Positions 1 to 12,398 of a DNA stretch of 64,000 bases are shown here, piece by piece. The notes below the pieces were generated by a model. That model was given only the letters and a program-made list of their open reading frames with translations, was not told the DNA's origin and did no database searches. Numbering within the stretch: position 1 is the first letter of the stretch; every line of letters starts with the position of its first letter. The DNA is from Octopus sinensis (lineage: Eukaryota): NCBI RefSeq assembly GCF_006345805.1, contig NC_043004.1, positions 59,148,001-59,212,000 of the forward strand, given 5' to 3'. Made by a program: the position numbers and the translations under genes.

Positions 1-139
1 GCACGTGCGCGTGCACGCATACACATCCATGCAGCGGAGAGGAGGGGTTATATGTTTTAGGAGGAGTGTGTGTGTAAAGAGAAAAGCAGACATACTTGCA
101 TACACGACTGTATGTGCTTGTGTATATATACACAAATAC

Positions 140-905
<766 letters not shown>

Positions 906-1397
906 ATAAATGTATTGACTTTATGTATTGTATGTGCGTTTACACACATCAATACTTTGAAAGTCCAATGTAATTTTTGTGCAGTTGTATTCATAGAAAT
1001 GCATCTGTTTTTGATATGCTTTCGTTAATCCATTGTTTACGCTCAAAATCTTCTTTTGTTTATAACAAATATAAATATCGCATAATGCTTGTGGTTTCAT
1101 ACCTGCAAGTAACCCATTCCTGCTCAGTCTTCTCCCACACACTACATTTCTGTGTCAACGCCATCATTCTATCTTTACCTGTGACGAGGCTTGCTTATCT
1201 ATAAGTCTTATTACATTTCCTCCGGATTTGTTTTACGCGAGCATTGTTTCCGTGAGTATGCAGGTATGCATATATGTACTTGCGCATACGTACATACATG
1301 TACTCATATTTATAGACATGCACTATCTATTTCTGTTCATTATTCTCTTTTCATACCTATATATATATATATTATATATATATATATATTATATTAT

Positions 1398-1470
<73 letters not shown>

Positions 1471-2173
1471 CATATGCAGTACGTATGTCTATTCCTTAAA
1501 TGTGGTATATTTTCACATAATCGACCGTATGTCCTAACAAATAAATACTTATATATTCATTTTTCTTAAATCAAATTTCTGTTGTTGTGTTGTTACTTCT
1601 GGTTTACAAACATGGGTTTTTAGAAAGAAATTAATGAAACTGACGTACATATATATCTATAGAAGGAACTTCCTTTTGTATCCTTTATTGTTTTAAGATC
1701 TGTTCTGTTGATATCATGCCGATATCGCACATAGATATTCTTCTAAACATAATTCATTTTATATATTCATGTATACAAATTTACTTCACTTATCCTATTC
1801 CGTTTGCATGTTCGCTCCAGTCGTCATGTACGACTGAGTTTCGGTTCTTAGCTGGTGTCATTGCAATTAATTTAAAATTTTTAATGCCACCAAATACTAG
1901 ACGGCGAATTAGCCAAAGCCCTAGAACTTCAGACCAAATACTTCAACGTACCTTTCGAGTCTGAGGAATCAGCTCAAATCTCACCGAGATCAACATATCT
2001 TTCATCGTTTTTGGGACTGATACGAATGGAAGTCAACAATTGACTATAACATATTTTTATTACTGTCACACTGCCTTCTACGCATGCGTGCTTATAGTTG
2101 GTACTATTGTGGTCACGTGATCTAAGTTTGAGCCTGATCACGTTATTTCTCTTTCTAGCTTTACGGTGTAAGC

Positions 2174-2465
2174 ATGGCTGCTCCACTAGCAATGTGCACC
2201 AAAGAAGAACAAAGTGCAGTGATCCGAGTGATGGTAATGGTGAATCGGCTCACCGTTACCATCATTCGAGCTTGCTGAATCTTCTCGTCAGTGATGGAGG
2301 TTGACGTGCGTCTTGCTCTCTCTTCGTGTGTCACGCTTGTTCGACCGCTTTCAAACTTCTCGATCCACTCATACACATTTATACGCGGTGGTGCACAGCC
2401 CCCGTATTGTGATAAAAGCCTTCGATAAATTTCAGCACCTGATACACCTTTGCCGCCAAAGATTT
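2174..2465. pseudogene. mariner transposase N-terminal (HTH) relic, internally inverted
   Basis: + strand from 2174 reads MAAPLAMCTKEEQSAVIR. The - strand (~2460 to 2240) reads GKGVSGAEIYRRLLSQYG...VYEWIEKFESGRTSVTHEERARRTSTSITDEKIQQAR, typical of a mariner HTH region. Confidence 0.8.
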
Positions 2466-2521
2466 TGTCCAGATCGCTAACGATTCTGTCAGTTCGCCGC
2501 TTCATTCAATGTATAACACCG

Positions 2522-3000
2522 ATTTTGCCTTTCATCCTTTCGGAGTTGATCGACAAGTTAAGTACCATCTGATTACTGGAGGTCGATGAAATCGACTGGC
2601 CACCAACCGCGAAATAGCTGACCTTGTACCAAGTTTTGAAATCACTCACTATATAATATTGAATTGTATGTTAAGGAGACATGACGGCAGAATTGTTGGC
2701 ACGCCGGGCATTATGCTTAGCGGCATTTCGCCCGTCTTTACGTTGAGTTCAAATACCATAGGGGTGAGCTAGCTTTTCATCATCTCAAGATCGATAAAAT
2801 AATTACCAGTTGAGTATAGTGGTCGACGTAATCGACTTACCCACTGTCTTGAATCTGTTGGGCGTGTGCCAAAATTTGAAACCAACATTATTTTATAAGA
2901 TACTTGTAATGGCTAATGTGCCGGGAGGGTAAAGTCACTTAGACCATCTCCAGTGCTTTACTGGTTCTTCTTTTATCGATCCCAGAAAGGATGAAAGGAA
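2522..3000. mobile_element. cluster of degenerate tRNA-derived SINE fragments (family A: ggcggcgagctggcagaa...gcctttcatcctttcggggtcgataa...gtaccag)
   Basis: Shares head and central box with better copies at 33172-33392, 40076-40530 and 45965-46195. Confidence 0.8.
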
Positions 3001-3924
3001 AATATAGTATAACCATATTTTGATAAGGTGCAGCACGTTATATCGGTTAGAAATCGGTTAGATATAATCAAGTTAATATCGATTAGAAGAACGGGCTCCT
3101 CTTGAAAAATCAGTGACATTGGTACTACGCAGTTACTACTCACTCTCTTACTTCTCCCTCTAAGTCATTGTCCATAACGTTTTGTTACCTCCCCGTAAAG
3201 AAGGATCATCATCATTATTAATAACAACAACAATAAAAACTACTGTTACTAGCACCACCGTCGCTGTCGCCACCACAACCACTAGAATAACAATAAAAAC
3301 AACAACTTAAGGATCATGCGATTATAATTGATTTAGTTTTCCTTAAACTTGCTTTGTCAGTTTACAAACATTTTTTACCATTTTCAATTATCTCGCCTTC
3401 AACAAAAAAAACAAAAAAAACACAAACAAACAAAAAAAAGTAAAGCAAACATTAACCTTTGAAAACAGCAACAACAACGGAAACAACAGCAACGGGGACA
3501 CATATTTCTCATTTAATCTAACATATTCTTGAATAATAGAATGAAAAGTCAGTAGATAATTGTACGATTCGAACCAAGGGACAAGACACATGACACAACA
3601 TACAGTGATTTACTTAGTTGGTATACATCTCTCTCTTTCTTAGACTCTTGTGTCGATACCGTTAGCAGAGAAAAAAAAAGAGAGTGTGAGTGAATGAGAG
3701 AAAGGAGGAGAGTGAGTGTGTGAATGAGTGAGGGAGAGGGAGCACTGTGTTATATTTGTGTCAATGCATGTTACTGCTACCAGCTCCGATCTATAAATAT
3801 ATGTCAAAGATGTTCTTGGCTTTGTCATGCTTGTTTCCAGTGGTTCAGTAAAAGATTTAGCTTCAGCAAATAATTCCATAAGTATAGTATTATTGGATCC
3901 AAAAGTCTGAAAAAGCATCTACAA

Positions 3925-3977
<53 letters not shown>

Positions 3978-4178
3978 ATATATACATATATATATGTGTG
4001 TGTGTGTGTGTGTATTTATATGTATATATATATATATGTATATGTATATATGCATATACATACATACAAATGCAAACAGAAATATATATGCGTGTGTGTG
4101 TATATGTATATACATATATATACAAATATATATTTACATATATATATTTATATATATATATATTATATATATATATAT

Positions 4179-4209
<31 letters not shown>

Positions 4210-4975
4210 ATATATATATATACATATACATACATACACACAAATATATGTATATATAGTATATCACGATCTTTCGCTTGTCACTGGAGCTCAACAGTCA
4301 TAAAAAAAGCACAACATTCCTCTATAAAGAACAACAGATAGATAAATAAATAAATCTAAATAGAAAATATAATTATAGGTAAGGAAATCAAGTGAAAGCA
4401 GAGAATACAACTTGTGGAGCTTCACTTGATTGCAGTATTCTTTGTTGTTGCTGCCTTTTTTTTTTATCCAGTTAAGATCTCCCACAAGAAATTCTCATCA
4501 GTGTCAGATGCACGTCAGAGTTCTGTGACATTCTAATCAAAACGAGTTATGCATAATGGTTTTAAGTTATCTATTTTTTTCCCTGATATATTTGTATCTA
4601 TAGCTTTTTTTCTTCTCCTCCAGTATAACTTATATAAGAAGGATTTAAAAAAGACGTTTACTCTAGCGCTTCTTTTCTTGCTAAAATCTTGTGATTGCGA
4701 GCCAATACTTGTAGTTAATCATGGTGGGTATAAACTGTAAAGCAAGTCAATTAAACAATATTACTAGAATGTTGAGTATGAACAAATTGCATTAGTATTA
4801 TCAGCGAATACGTTAGTGGGAAACATGACTGAGAATGCTTCCTGTTGCCTCTGCTGAGAAACAGAACACAACTATCAGAGTATAGTAGTGAAATTGAATA
4901 AAAAACATCAAAATAACGCACATTATTTACATTATTTACATTCGTGGGATATTTGTTCTCATCTTGTTTGTCGTT

Positions 4976-5021
4976 AACACTACGTTTCGACTGATATACC
5001 CTCCAACATTCTTCAGGTGTC
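4976..5021 (-). ncRNA. type I minimal hammerhead ribozyme, stem II degenerate
   Basis: GACAC-CTGAAGA-A-TGTTG..CAGTC-GAA-ACGT-A-GTGTT. Stem I is GACAC/GTGTT and stem III is the palindrome ACGT. Sister copies at 5349-5394 and 8301-8341. Confidence 0.65.
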
Positions 5022-5076
5022 TTGGGGAAATTTCGAACCTGATTTTTCATTCCTAAAGTATTTTTCGATGTTATTA

Positions 5077-5137
<61 letters not shown>

Positions 5138-5154
5138 CATTATTATTATTATTG

Positions 5155-5231
5155 TTCAGGTCATTGCTTGGAATCGAACTCGGAATCTTGTGGTTAGTAA
5201 CCCGCGCTCTTAACAACTACGCCATATGCCC
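5155..5231 (-). promoter_or_regulatory. tRNA-derived segment with Pol III A and B boxes (not a functional tRNA)
   Basis: - strand reads GGGCATATGGCGTAGTTGTTAAGAGCGCGGGTTACTAACCACAAGATTCCGAGTTCGATTCC. A box TGGCGTAGT(T/G)G, B box GAGTTCGATTCC, imperfect acceptor and anticodon stems. Confidence 0.75.
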
Positions 5232-5558
5232 AAGTCATATGGCGTAGTGGTGAAGAAAGAAAACAACAACAACAACAATAATAATAATAATAATAACAAC
5301 ATCGAAAAATACCTTAGGAATGAGAACCCAGATTCAAAATTTCCTCACGATACCTGAAAAACGCTGGAGGGTATATCAACCGAAACGCTGTGTTAACAAT
5401 AAACAAGATGATAAATATCCGTCGAATGTAAATAATGTAAATAATGTACATAATTCCTCATCTCTTCAATACAGAACTGTATCAAAAAGAACAATAAAAT
5501 ACAACAAGAGGACGGGCACACAAAATATATGAGATTGTCGCTCTGTATATATAGAGAG

Positions 5559-5595
5559 TTTTTGACGTTTCGAGCATAGCTCTTCGTTGGAAAAA
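5559..5595 (-). ncRNA. degenerate minimal hammerhead-like motif (second family)
   Basis: TTTTT-CCAACGA-A-GAGC-TAT-GCTC-GAAACGTC-AAAAA. The core has two mismatches to CTGANGA; stems II and III are intact. Confidence 0.4.
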
Positions 5596-5835
5596 AACCC
5601 AAAAGTCCAAAGAAAGGAGGAAAAAATCACCAACACATCGTGTGCAGTTACATTGCTGAAGTCATCGTATACTATTTAGGGTGTGAATACCTATCATCGA
5701 TGAGAGAATAAAAAACATAACACATACTTAAAATTCGTATTAAAGTAGTCGAATACTACAAATATGTACAAAGTATTCTAATAGAGAAGAGAGTGCAAGA
5801 AAATAATACAATCGAGAGCACAATATTTTCATTCA

Positions 5836-5928
<93 letters not shown>

Positions 5929-5994
5929 ACGTATGTATGTATGTTAATATCGACCAGTGGGAGTGAGTGATCAACACCGTATTGGGAGATAAAG

Positions 5995-6200
5995 ATTCTC
6001 TATTTATGGCTTAAGGCCACAATTGGTTTCATGTTAAGGGAAATCCCTTAACAGTTAACATGACTATCATATGGAACATCGGTGTTCGTGCCCCTTTTGG
6101 AGAAGAACACCGATGTTCCAAGTGATTGGCTTGATAATTGTTAAGAGACATCCCTCAACATGAAAGCATTCTTAGACTGAACCCACAAATAAATATACTC
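5995..6200. repeat. imperfect fold-back palindrome (~90-bp arms)
   Basis: Inner arms tggaacatcggtgttc / gaacaccgatgttcca; outer arms diverged (tttcatgttaaggg / ccctcaacatgaaa). Confidence 0.65.
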
Positions 6201-6228
6201 ATAGACACACACACATATGTATGTATAA

Positions 6229-6262
<34 letters not shown>

Positions 6263-6629
6263 TTATGCAATGTCAGATGAGTCGAAAGAATGTCGTGATT
6301 AATAATAAATTCTCATATATTCCATTTTCCGTCTTTCATTTGTATATAAAAAGTATATGTATTAACCACGGTGCATCAGCATGGCCACAGCTCTGTGCTG
6401 AAACTTGAAAAAAAAAATATATATACTTTTTAAATAACAACAAAAATATCACAAAAACTGTTACGCAGAGTTTCTTGATCTCGTTTATCGGACAGTTTTG
6501 TTCAGAATGGAGCAAGATAAAGTTATATGCAGAAATATAATTACTTTGATAGATACACATCTGAAAATGGTTTTGTTTCATTGATCCTTTCAACAAACAG
6601 TATTTTCAATAACTGCTTGCATGAAATTA

Positions 6630-6997
6630 GTGGAGGCGCAATGGCCCAGTGGTTAGGGCAGCAGACTCGCGGTCATCGGATCGCGGTTTCGATTCCCAGA
6701 CCGGGCGTTGTGAGTGTTTATTGAGCGAAAACACCTAAAAGTTCCACGAGGCTCCGGCAGGGGATGGTGGTGATCCCTGCTGTACTCTTTCACCACAACT
6801 TTCTCTCACTCTTACTTCCTGTTTCTGTTGTACCTGTATTTCAAAGGGCCGGCCTTGTCACTCTCTGTGTCACGCTGAATATCCCCGAGAACTACGTTAA
6901 GGGTACACGTGTCTGTGGAGTTAATTTCACGAGCAGGCTGTTCCGTTGATTCGGATCAACCGGAACCCTCATCGTCGTAACCGACGGAGTGCTTCCA
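6630..6997 (+). mobile_element. tRNA-derived SINE (family C), apparently full length, with target-site duplication
   Basis: Head GTGGAGGCGCAATGGCCCAGTGGTTAGGGC...GGTTTCGATTCCC. TSD gcatgaaat at 6619-6627 and 6998-7006. Second copy at 60319-60512. Confidence 0.88.
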
Positions 6998-7811
6998 GCA
7001 TGAAATAACAAGTTGCGGTTAAACATTATGTCATTATAAAAATTGAAGAAAACGTTAAATCAAAGATGGCCTATGAAGAAGGAAATGGCCTGAATACCCA
7101 GGGTAAATACTTAGCTGTAAAAATAATAATAAATTAATAAATTTAAAAATATATCCGTTTGAAAAATTTTCACTTTAAAATACATATACATTTAGCAATA
7201 TACCAAACAATCTATAATATACGTAAATACATTAAACATACATACGTAGGTGCATAACTACATACATATACAGACATATATAGGCAAAGCATAAATATAT
7301 ACAAATGTATATATATGTATGCACGCACGCACACACACACGCGCGCACAAAACCTCCTGGAGTATGCTTGTACAAGTTAGTTGTTACAGGCGAAAGAAAA
7401 AATAAGAAAAATATCACAGAATTACAAGGTTGGGGAGAAAGAAAAAGCGGGAAAGAAGAAAAGAAATAAAAGAAAAAGAAACAGAAAATTAGAGAGAGAA
7501 ATGGAAAAATAGAGGTAGAGAGAGTGAAATGATTGGCGTTCCTATAAGTATCTAACGAAAGTTAGATGCTTCGTTTAGCTTGCGAAAAGCACACAATACT
7601 GCACACATAAAATTAACACAAACATACAAATACGCACACATACAGACAAGCATACAAATATACAAATAACTTGTGCAAATACATGCCTACACACATAAAT
7701 ATATATAAACACATACATACATATATATTTATGTACACACACATATATATATATACATATACATATATATATGTATATATATACACATATATATACATAA
7801 ATATATATATT

Positions 7812-8297
7812 TAAATAATGAGGGTGATAAATTGAATATTAATTTAATTAACATCAATTTAAAACTAGTAGCCTAAGCATATAGAAAAATCTGAAAATTC
7901 AGGAAAATTGTAATACATGCGTATAATAAGGGATGACCACTAAGTGGACATCCCATATGATAGAAGAAGATCATCTACGATCTAACTACAAAGAAAAGAA
8001 TGCTCTCTTGAGAAATTCAGCAAACTCCCGAACAAAAGCGGGTAAGACAGATGAAAATATACAAAATAAAGAATTAATCGTACACCGGTTTCGTCATTAA
8101 CAATATTTACTTACGCAATTCTCGTCCGTGGATTCTTTTGTACGATCGTTCCAATTCAATATAATTTATAGAAGTATACACGAGTTGTCCTCATAAAATT
8201 AGACGTGTGCTCATAAATTTAGATGTGTCTAATTTTATGAGGACAACTCGTGTATAGTTCTATAAATTACGTTGAATTGGAACGATCGTACTAAAGA
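7812..8297 (-). mobile_element. Penelope-like pseudo-LTR relic ending in a fold-back hairpin
   Basis: 7818-7880 (reverse complement) resembles 9100-9165. Degenerate HHR on - (CGGACGA...GAAACCGGT, ~8075-8130). Inverted arms at 8134-8204 and 8227-8297. Confidence 0.6.
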
Positions 8298-8300
8298 GCC

Positions 8301-8432
8301 CTGATGAAGGCTGGAGGGTATATCAGCCGAATCGTTGTGTTAACAACAAACAAGATGAGCAGAAATATCCGTCAAATGTAAATAATGTAAATAATGTACA
8401 TAATTCCTCATCTCTTAAATATAGAACTGTAT
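8301..8432 (+). mobile_element. 3' part of the tRNA-head/hammerhead module, starting at the HHR core
   Basis: CTGATGA-A-GGCTG-GAGGGTATAT-CAGCC-GAAT-CGTT-GTGTT, followed by the same tail as 5395-5480 (aacaaacaagatgag...atgtaaataatgtaaataatgtacataattcctcatctc). Confidence 0.8.
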
Positions 8433-8474
8433 TTCACACACACACACACACATACACACACACACATATATATA

Positions 8475-8686
8475 TGTTTGTGTGTCTGTGTTTGTACCTC
8501 CACCATCGATTGACAACCGATATTGGTTTGTTACGTCCCCGTAACTTAGCGTTTCGGCAAAAAGCTACCGATAGAATAAGTACTAGGCTTACAAAGAATA
8601 AATCCTGAGGTCAATTTGTTCGACTAAAGGCGGCGCTCCAGCATGGCCGCAGTCAAATGACTGAAACAAATACAAGAATAAAAGAA
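8475..8686 (+). mobile_element. 3' half of SINE family B
   Basis: ...gacaaccga..acgtccccgtaacttagcg...ggcggcgctccagcatggccgcagtcaaatgactgaaaca matches 49030-49230. Confidence 0.88.
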
Positions 8687-8731
8687 CACATACATACATA
8701 TATACATACATACATACATACCTACCTACAT

Positions 8732-8778
<47 letters not shown>

Positions 8779-8873
8779 CGTATATATGTATATATGTATA
8801 TATGTATGTATATATATATAGATAGATAGATAGATATATATCTATGTCTGCTTGTCTATTTCTCTCTCTCTCT

Positions 8874-9593
8874 CTAGGCCACCTAGTGGCCTAGCGTCTA
8901 AATAGAGTTTATCTATTTTTTCGTTATTTTTCATTTGTCCTGCTCGCTTACATTCTTGGCCTGTTGAATTAATTCTTGAGAACAATTCTTTAGTGGCGGA
9001 CTCCCTTTGCGAATCTATATCTAGCGTTAGAGTGACCACATGGTGGACTCTCTCTTATTGTTTTGTATTAATAATTTTTACTGTATCCCAGTCTTTTAGA
9101 CGCTAGGCCACTTGGTGTTTTGAATTGATATTATTAATTAACATTCAATTTTTTCACCCTTATTGTGACTTTAATTATAAATTAATATGTTCTCAAACCG
9201 GCAGTAAATTACTTGGGCAGTATTTACATCCGGAGATTTAACGCGCCAAAATGAGGGCATTTGAATGTTACTGCGAATATAATCGGCTGTACCGTTCGTC
9301 TCTGTTTAACTTCGTGTGGATTTTGCCGTTCGGTTCAGCAAATTATATTTCTGATGTACTCTACTGACGATTCGAAAATACTTATGTAAGTAAAACTACC
9401 TAATCTATTAACGATGAAACAATTGTTTAGAGTTAATCTATTTTTTCGTTATTTTTCATTTGTCCTGCTCGCTTACATTCTTGGCGTGTTAAATTAATTC
9501 TTGAGAACAATTCTTTAGTGGCGGATTCCCTTTGCGGATCTATATCTAGCGTTAGAGTGACCACATGGTAGAGTCTCTCTTATTGTTTTGTAT
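8874..9593 (+). mobile_element. non-coding hammerhead-bearing retroelement (PLE pseudo-LTR / retrozyme-like) with 166-bp terminal direct repeats
   Basis: 8903-9068 matches 9428-9593 closely. A short inverted 5' piece (8880-8902) is the reverse complement of 9095-9117. Flanked by microsatellite on both sides. Confidence 0.75.
9358..9433 (+). ncRNA. type I hammerhead ribozyme with long loop II
   Basis: ACTCTA-CTGACGA-tTCG...CGAt-GAA-ACAATTGT-T|TAGAGT. Perfect 6-bp stem I and palindromic stem III; predicted cleavage after 9427. Confidence 0.7.
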
Positions 9594-9924
9594 ATATACA
9601 CACATATATATATATATATATAATTGTTAAAGAGGACAAAACATCAAATTCTTGCTGATGTTTCTGTGATATCCCAGGGCATAGGATATTCCGACCATAT
9701 TGAGGAGCGTGGTGTCACCCCTTCATTACTATTCCTCTCGGTCCCGTTCTGACTCGGAATAGTAATACTTGTTAGGGTCCCATGTTTGGGTTATATATAT
9801 TTTCTAAGGATAGAGGACGCTCCCGTTATTTTTGGATAATCCGTGGTAAAGCACCTCTTCTAGGAGAAAGTTACTCAGAAATAAAACTTACAATTAAAAT
9901 ATTGCTAGTCATCTTAGAATTCTT

Positions 9925-10320
9925 GTCACTGAAATCGACTACGGCGACCAAGAGAAAGCATTTACTTTATTACTTCAATTGGATGAAAGGTAATGTCGAT
10001 CTGGGTTAAATTTGAACGCAGAACGTAAAGACGGGCGAATTACCACTTAGCATTATACCTACCGCGCTAAAAATTTAGTCAGCTCACCGCCTCGCTTATA
10101 GGAATATAATGTTATTATATGTTGGCTCAAGGCCAGCAATTTCGGGAGAGGGATCAAATCGTTTACATCGACCTCAGTGTTCAACTTGTGTCTGTTTTAT
10201 CGTTCCCGATGGCATGAAAGGCAAAGTCGACCACGACTCAATTTGAACTCTCAATGTTAAGACGGCGAAATGCCGCTAAGCATTCTATCCAGTGTGCTAA
10301 TGATTCTGCCACTTCACTAC
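9925..10320 (-). mobile_element. two degenerate SINE family A copies
   Basis: Reverse-complement motifs gatgaaagg..aagtcgac..atttgaactc..aatgccgctaagcatt..gattctgcca. Confidence 0.8.
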
Positions 10321-10321
10321 C

Positions 10322-11550
10322 TTGCTTGACCAACTTACTAGTAATGGAAGAATTGGTGACGCGCATCCTCGATGATAGTGATGCTGTTGACATCGTTTTA
10401 TTGGACTTTGCCAAAGCTTTTGACTCGGTAAACCACCGCCTATTACTTGTCAAGCTTCAAGCATATAGTTTCCATCCGGATATTGTACGATGGGTTGGTG
10501 CCTTCCTCTCAGATCGCTCCTTCCAAGTCCAAGTTAATGGCTCGCGGTCCGACGTCTCCAGTGCGAGCAGTGGCGTGCCTCAAGGTTCAGTGCTTGGGCC
10601 CTTGTAGTTCTTAGTCTTCATAAATGACTTGCCCGACGACCTCACGCAACACACCCTTCTATTTGCCGACGATATCAAACTGGTCGCTCCTCGCGGTAAT
10701 ATAGAGGATCTTCGTCGATGCCTCCACCAAATTTGGAAGTGGTCTAACGATTGGGACCTGTGTCTGAACGTGTCAAAGTGCTGTCATCTGCCTGTCGGCT
10801 CTACTCCTGCAACTCAACTTGATTTCGAGCCGGGTCGTCTGCTGCTGGAGAGGACCGATCAAGTAAAGGACCTGGGTATCTTGGTGGATTCCTCCTTTTC
10901 GCCTTCAGCCCAGTGCATCCATGCTGCCAACAAAGCACGCGGAATTCTGTTCATGATTCGACGGTCATTCGGAATGCTCACCGCAGCCATATTCCTACCA
11001 CTCTATGTCACGCTGGTGAGACCCATATTGGAGTATGGGATTCAAGCCTCTTCTCCGTATCTCCTCAAAGACATACATCATCTCGAAAGAGTTCAGAAGC
11101 TGGCTACCCGCATGGTTCATGGTCTCAATAATTTGTCCTACGAAGAAAGGCTGAGGACGCTCGACCTTTATTCTCTTGAAAAACACCGCCGCCGTGGTGA
11201 TCTCATTCTCGCCCACAACATCATAAGCGGAAAGTGTAACCTCTCGAAAGAGCTGTTCTTCACTCCTGCTCCAGAGCGTCGGCTGCGGGGTCATTCCGAA
11301 AAGCTCTACCTGCGACGATTTCATCTCAATCGAAGGAGAGGAGCTTTCTCCGTCCGGGTTGCGGATCCGTGGAACAAGCTGCCAGACGAGATGGTGAAGA
11401 TGCCGACGACCGCTTTGTTCAAAGCCTCCCTGGACCTCAAGTGGCCTGAACTCTTTACATGAACACCACCCTGTACTTAACTCCATGTCTCCCTACATGG
11501 CCTTGCTATTTGCTTTTGAGCCAAATTAATTAACTAACTAACTAACTAAC
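10322..11550 (+). pseudogene. 5'-truncated CR1-group LINE: reverse transcriptase and C-terminus, 3' UTR with (AACT)n tail
   Basis: Motifs CLTNLL, LDFAKAFDSV, SGVPQGSVLGP, LFADDIKL, RPILEY, LERVQ, RRRGDLI. One in-frame stop at 10605-10607. Tail taactaactaactaac. Confidence 0.93.
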
Positions 11551-11602
11551 TTATAGAACTGTATTTTATTAAATACTCATAAGTTCTAAAATTATTATTC
11601 TT

Positions 11603-11722
<120 letters not shown>

Positions 11723-12291
11723 TTTGCGGGTGCCGGCGCACACGTATGCACAATTTTATACGCTTTCCTGCAATTCATTCAGAGGAGATTAAAATGCCAG
11801 AACGTATAATGAAATTACGACTGACGTTAAAAAGGTGTATTAGTGATTGAGTATGCGATTTTGCAGTCAATTACTACATGTACCTTGTGAGAATAGGATA
11901 TGCCCCTTAAATCGAAATAGTCTCTCTACAATCAACGCGTATTCGTAATTTTGTGAAGCATCTGTGAATAACTTATCTGTAGTGTCTTCTCTTTTGATAC
12001 GCTTTCACAACGGCAACTGTTGCAAGGGCAAACGAAATCAACTCTAATATACAATATCAGTTATTTCTTCGAATGTCCACTTGTCAGAACAGCCAATATA
12101 CATTACGTGTGAGTCTGTTCGTTTGTTTGTGTGTTGTGTGTGTGTGTGTGTGTGAGCGTGTGCAGTGTATTAGTTGCTTTCGATTCCATACCAATACACA
12201 TTTACGTACCCATACACGTACACCAACACCGCCATATATCTGCATATATATATATATACATACATACACACAAACGTATAAATATATACAC

Positions 12292-12340
<49 letters not shown>

Positions 12341-12362
12341 GATATATGTATATATAAATGTG

Positions 12363-12398
<36 letters not shown>

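Larger units (their letters stand above)
4919..5480. mobile_element. head-to-head pair of a tRNA-head/(AAT)n/hammerhead module (Penelope-like pseudo-LTR)
   Basis: 4919-5072 is the reverse complement of ~5298-5450. The centre holds a tRNA-like head on - (5155-5231) and the start of a second head on + (5237-5256). Confidence 0.8.

Noticed and set aside
5155-5231. Functional tRNA gene (also the heads at 6630, 52350-52423 and 60319)
   Set aside because: Acceptor and T stems are broken and each head is fused to a repeat body, so these are tRNA-derived heads.
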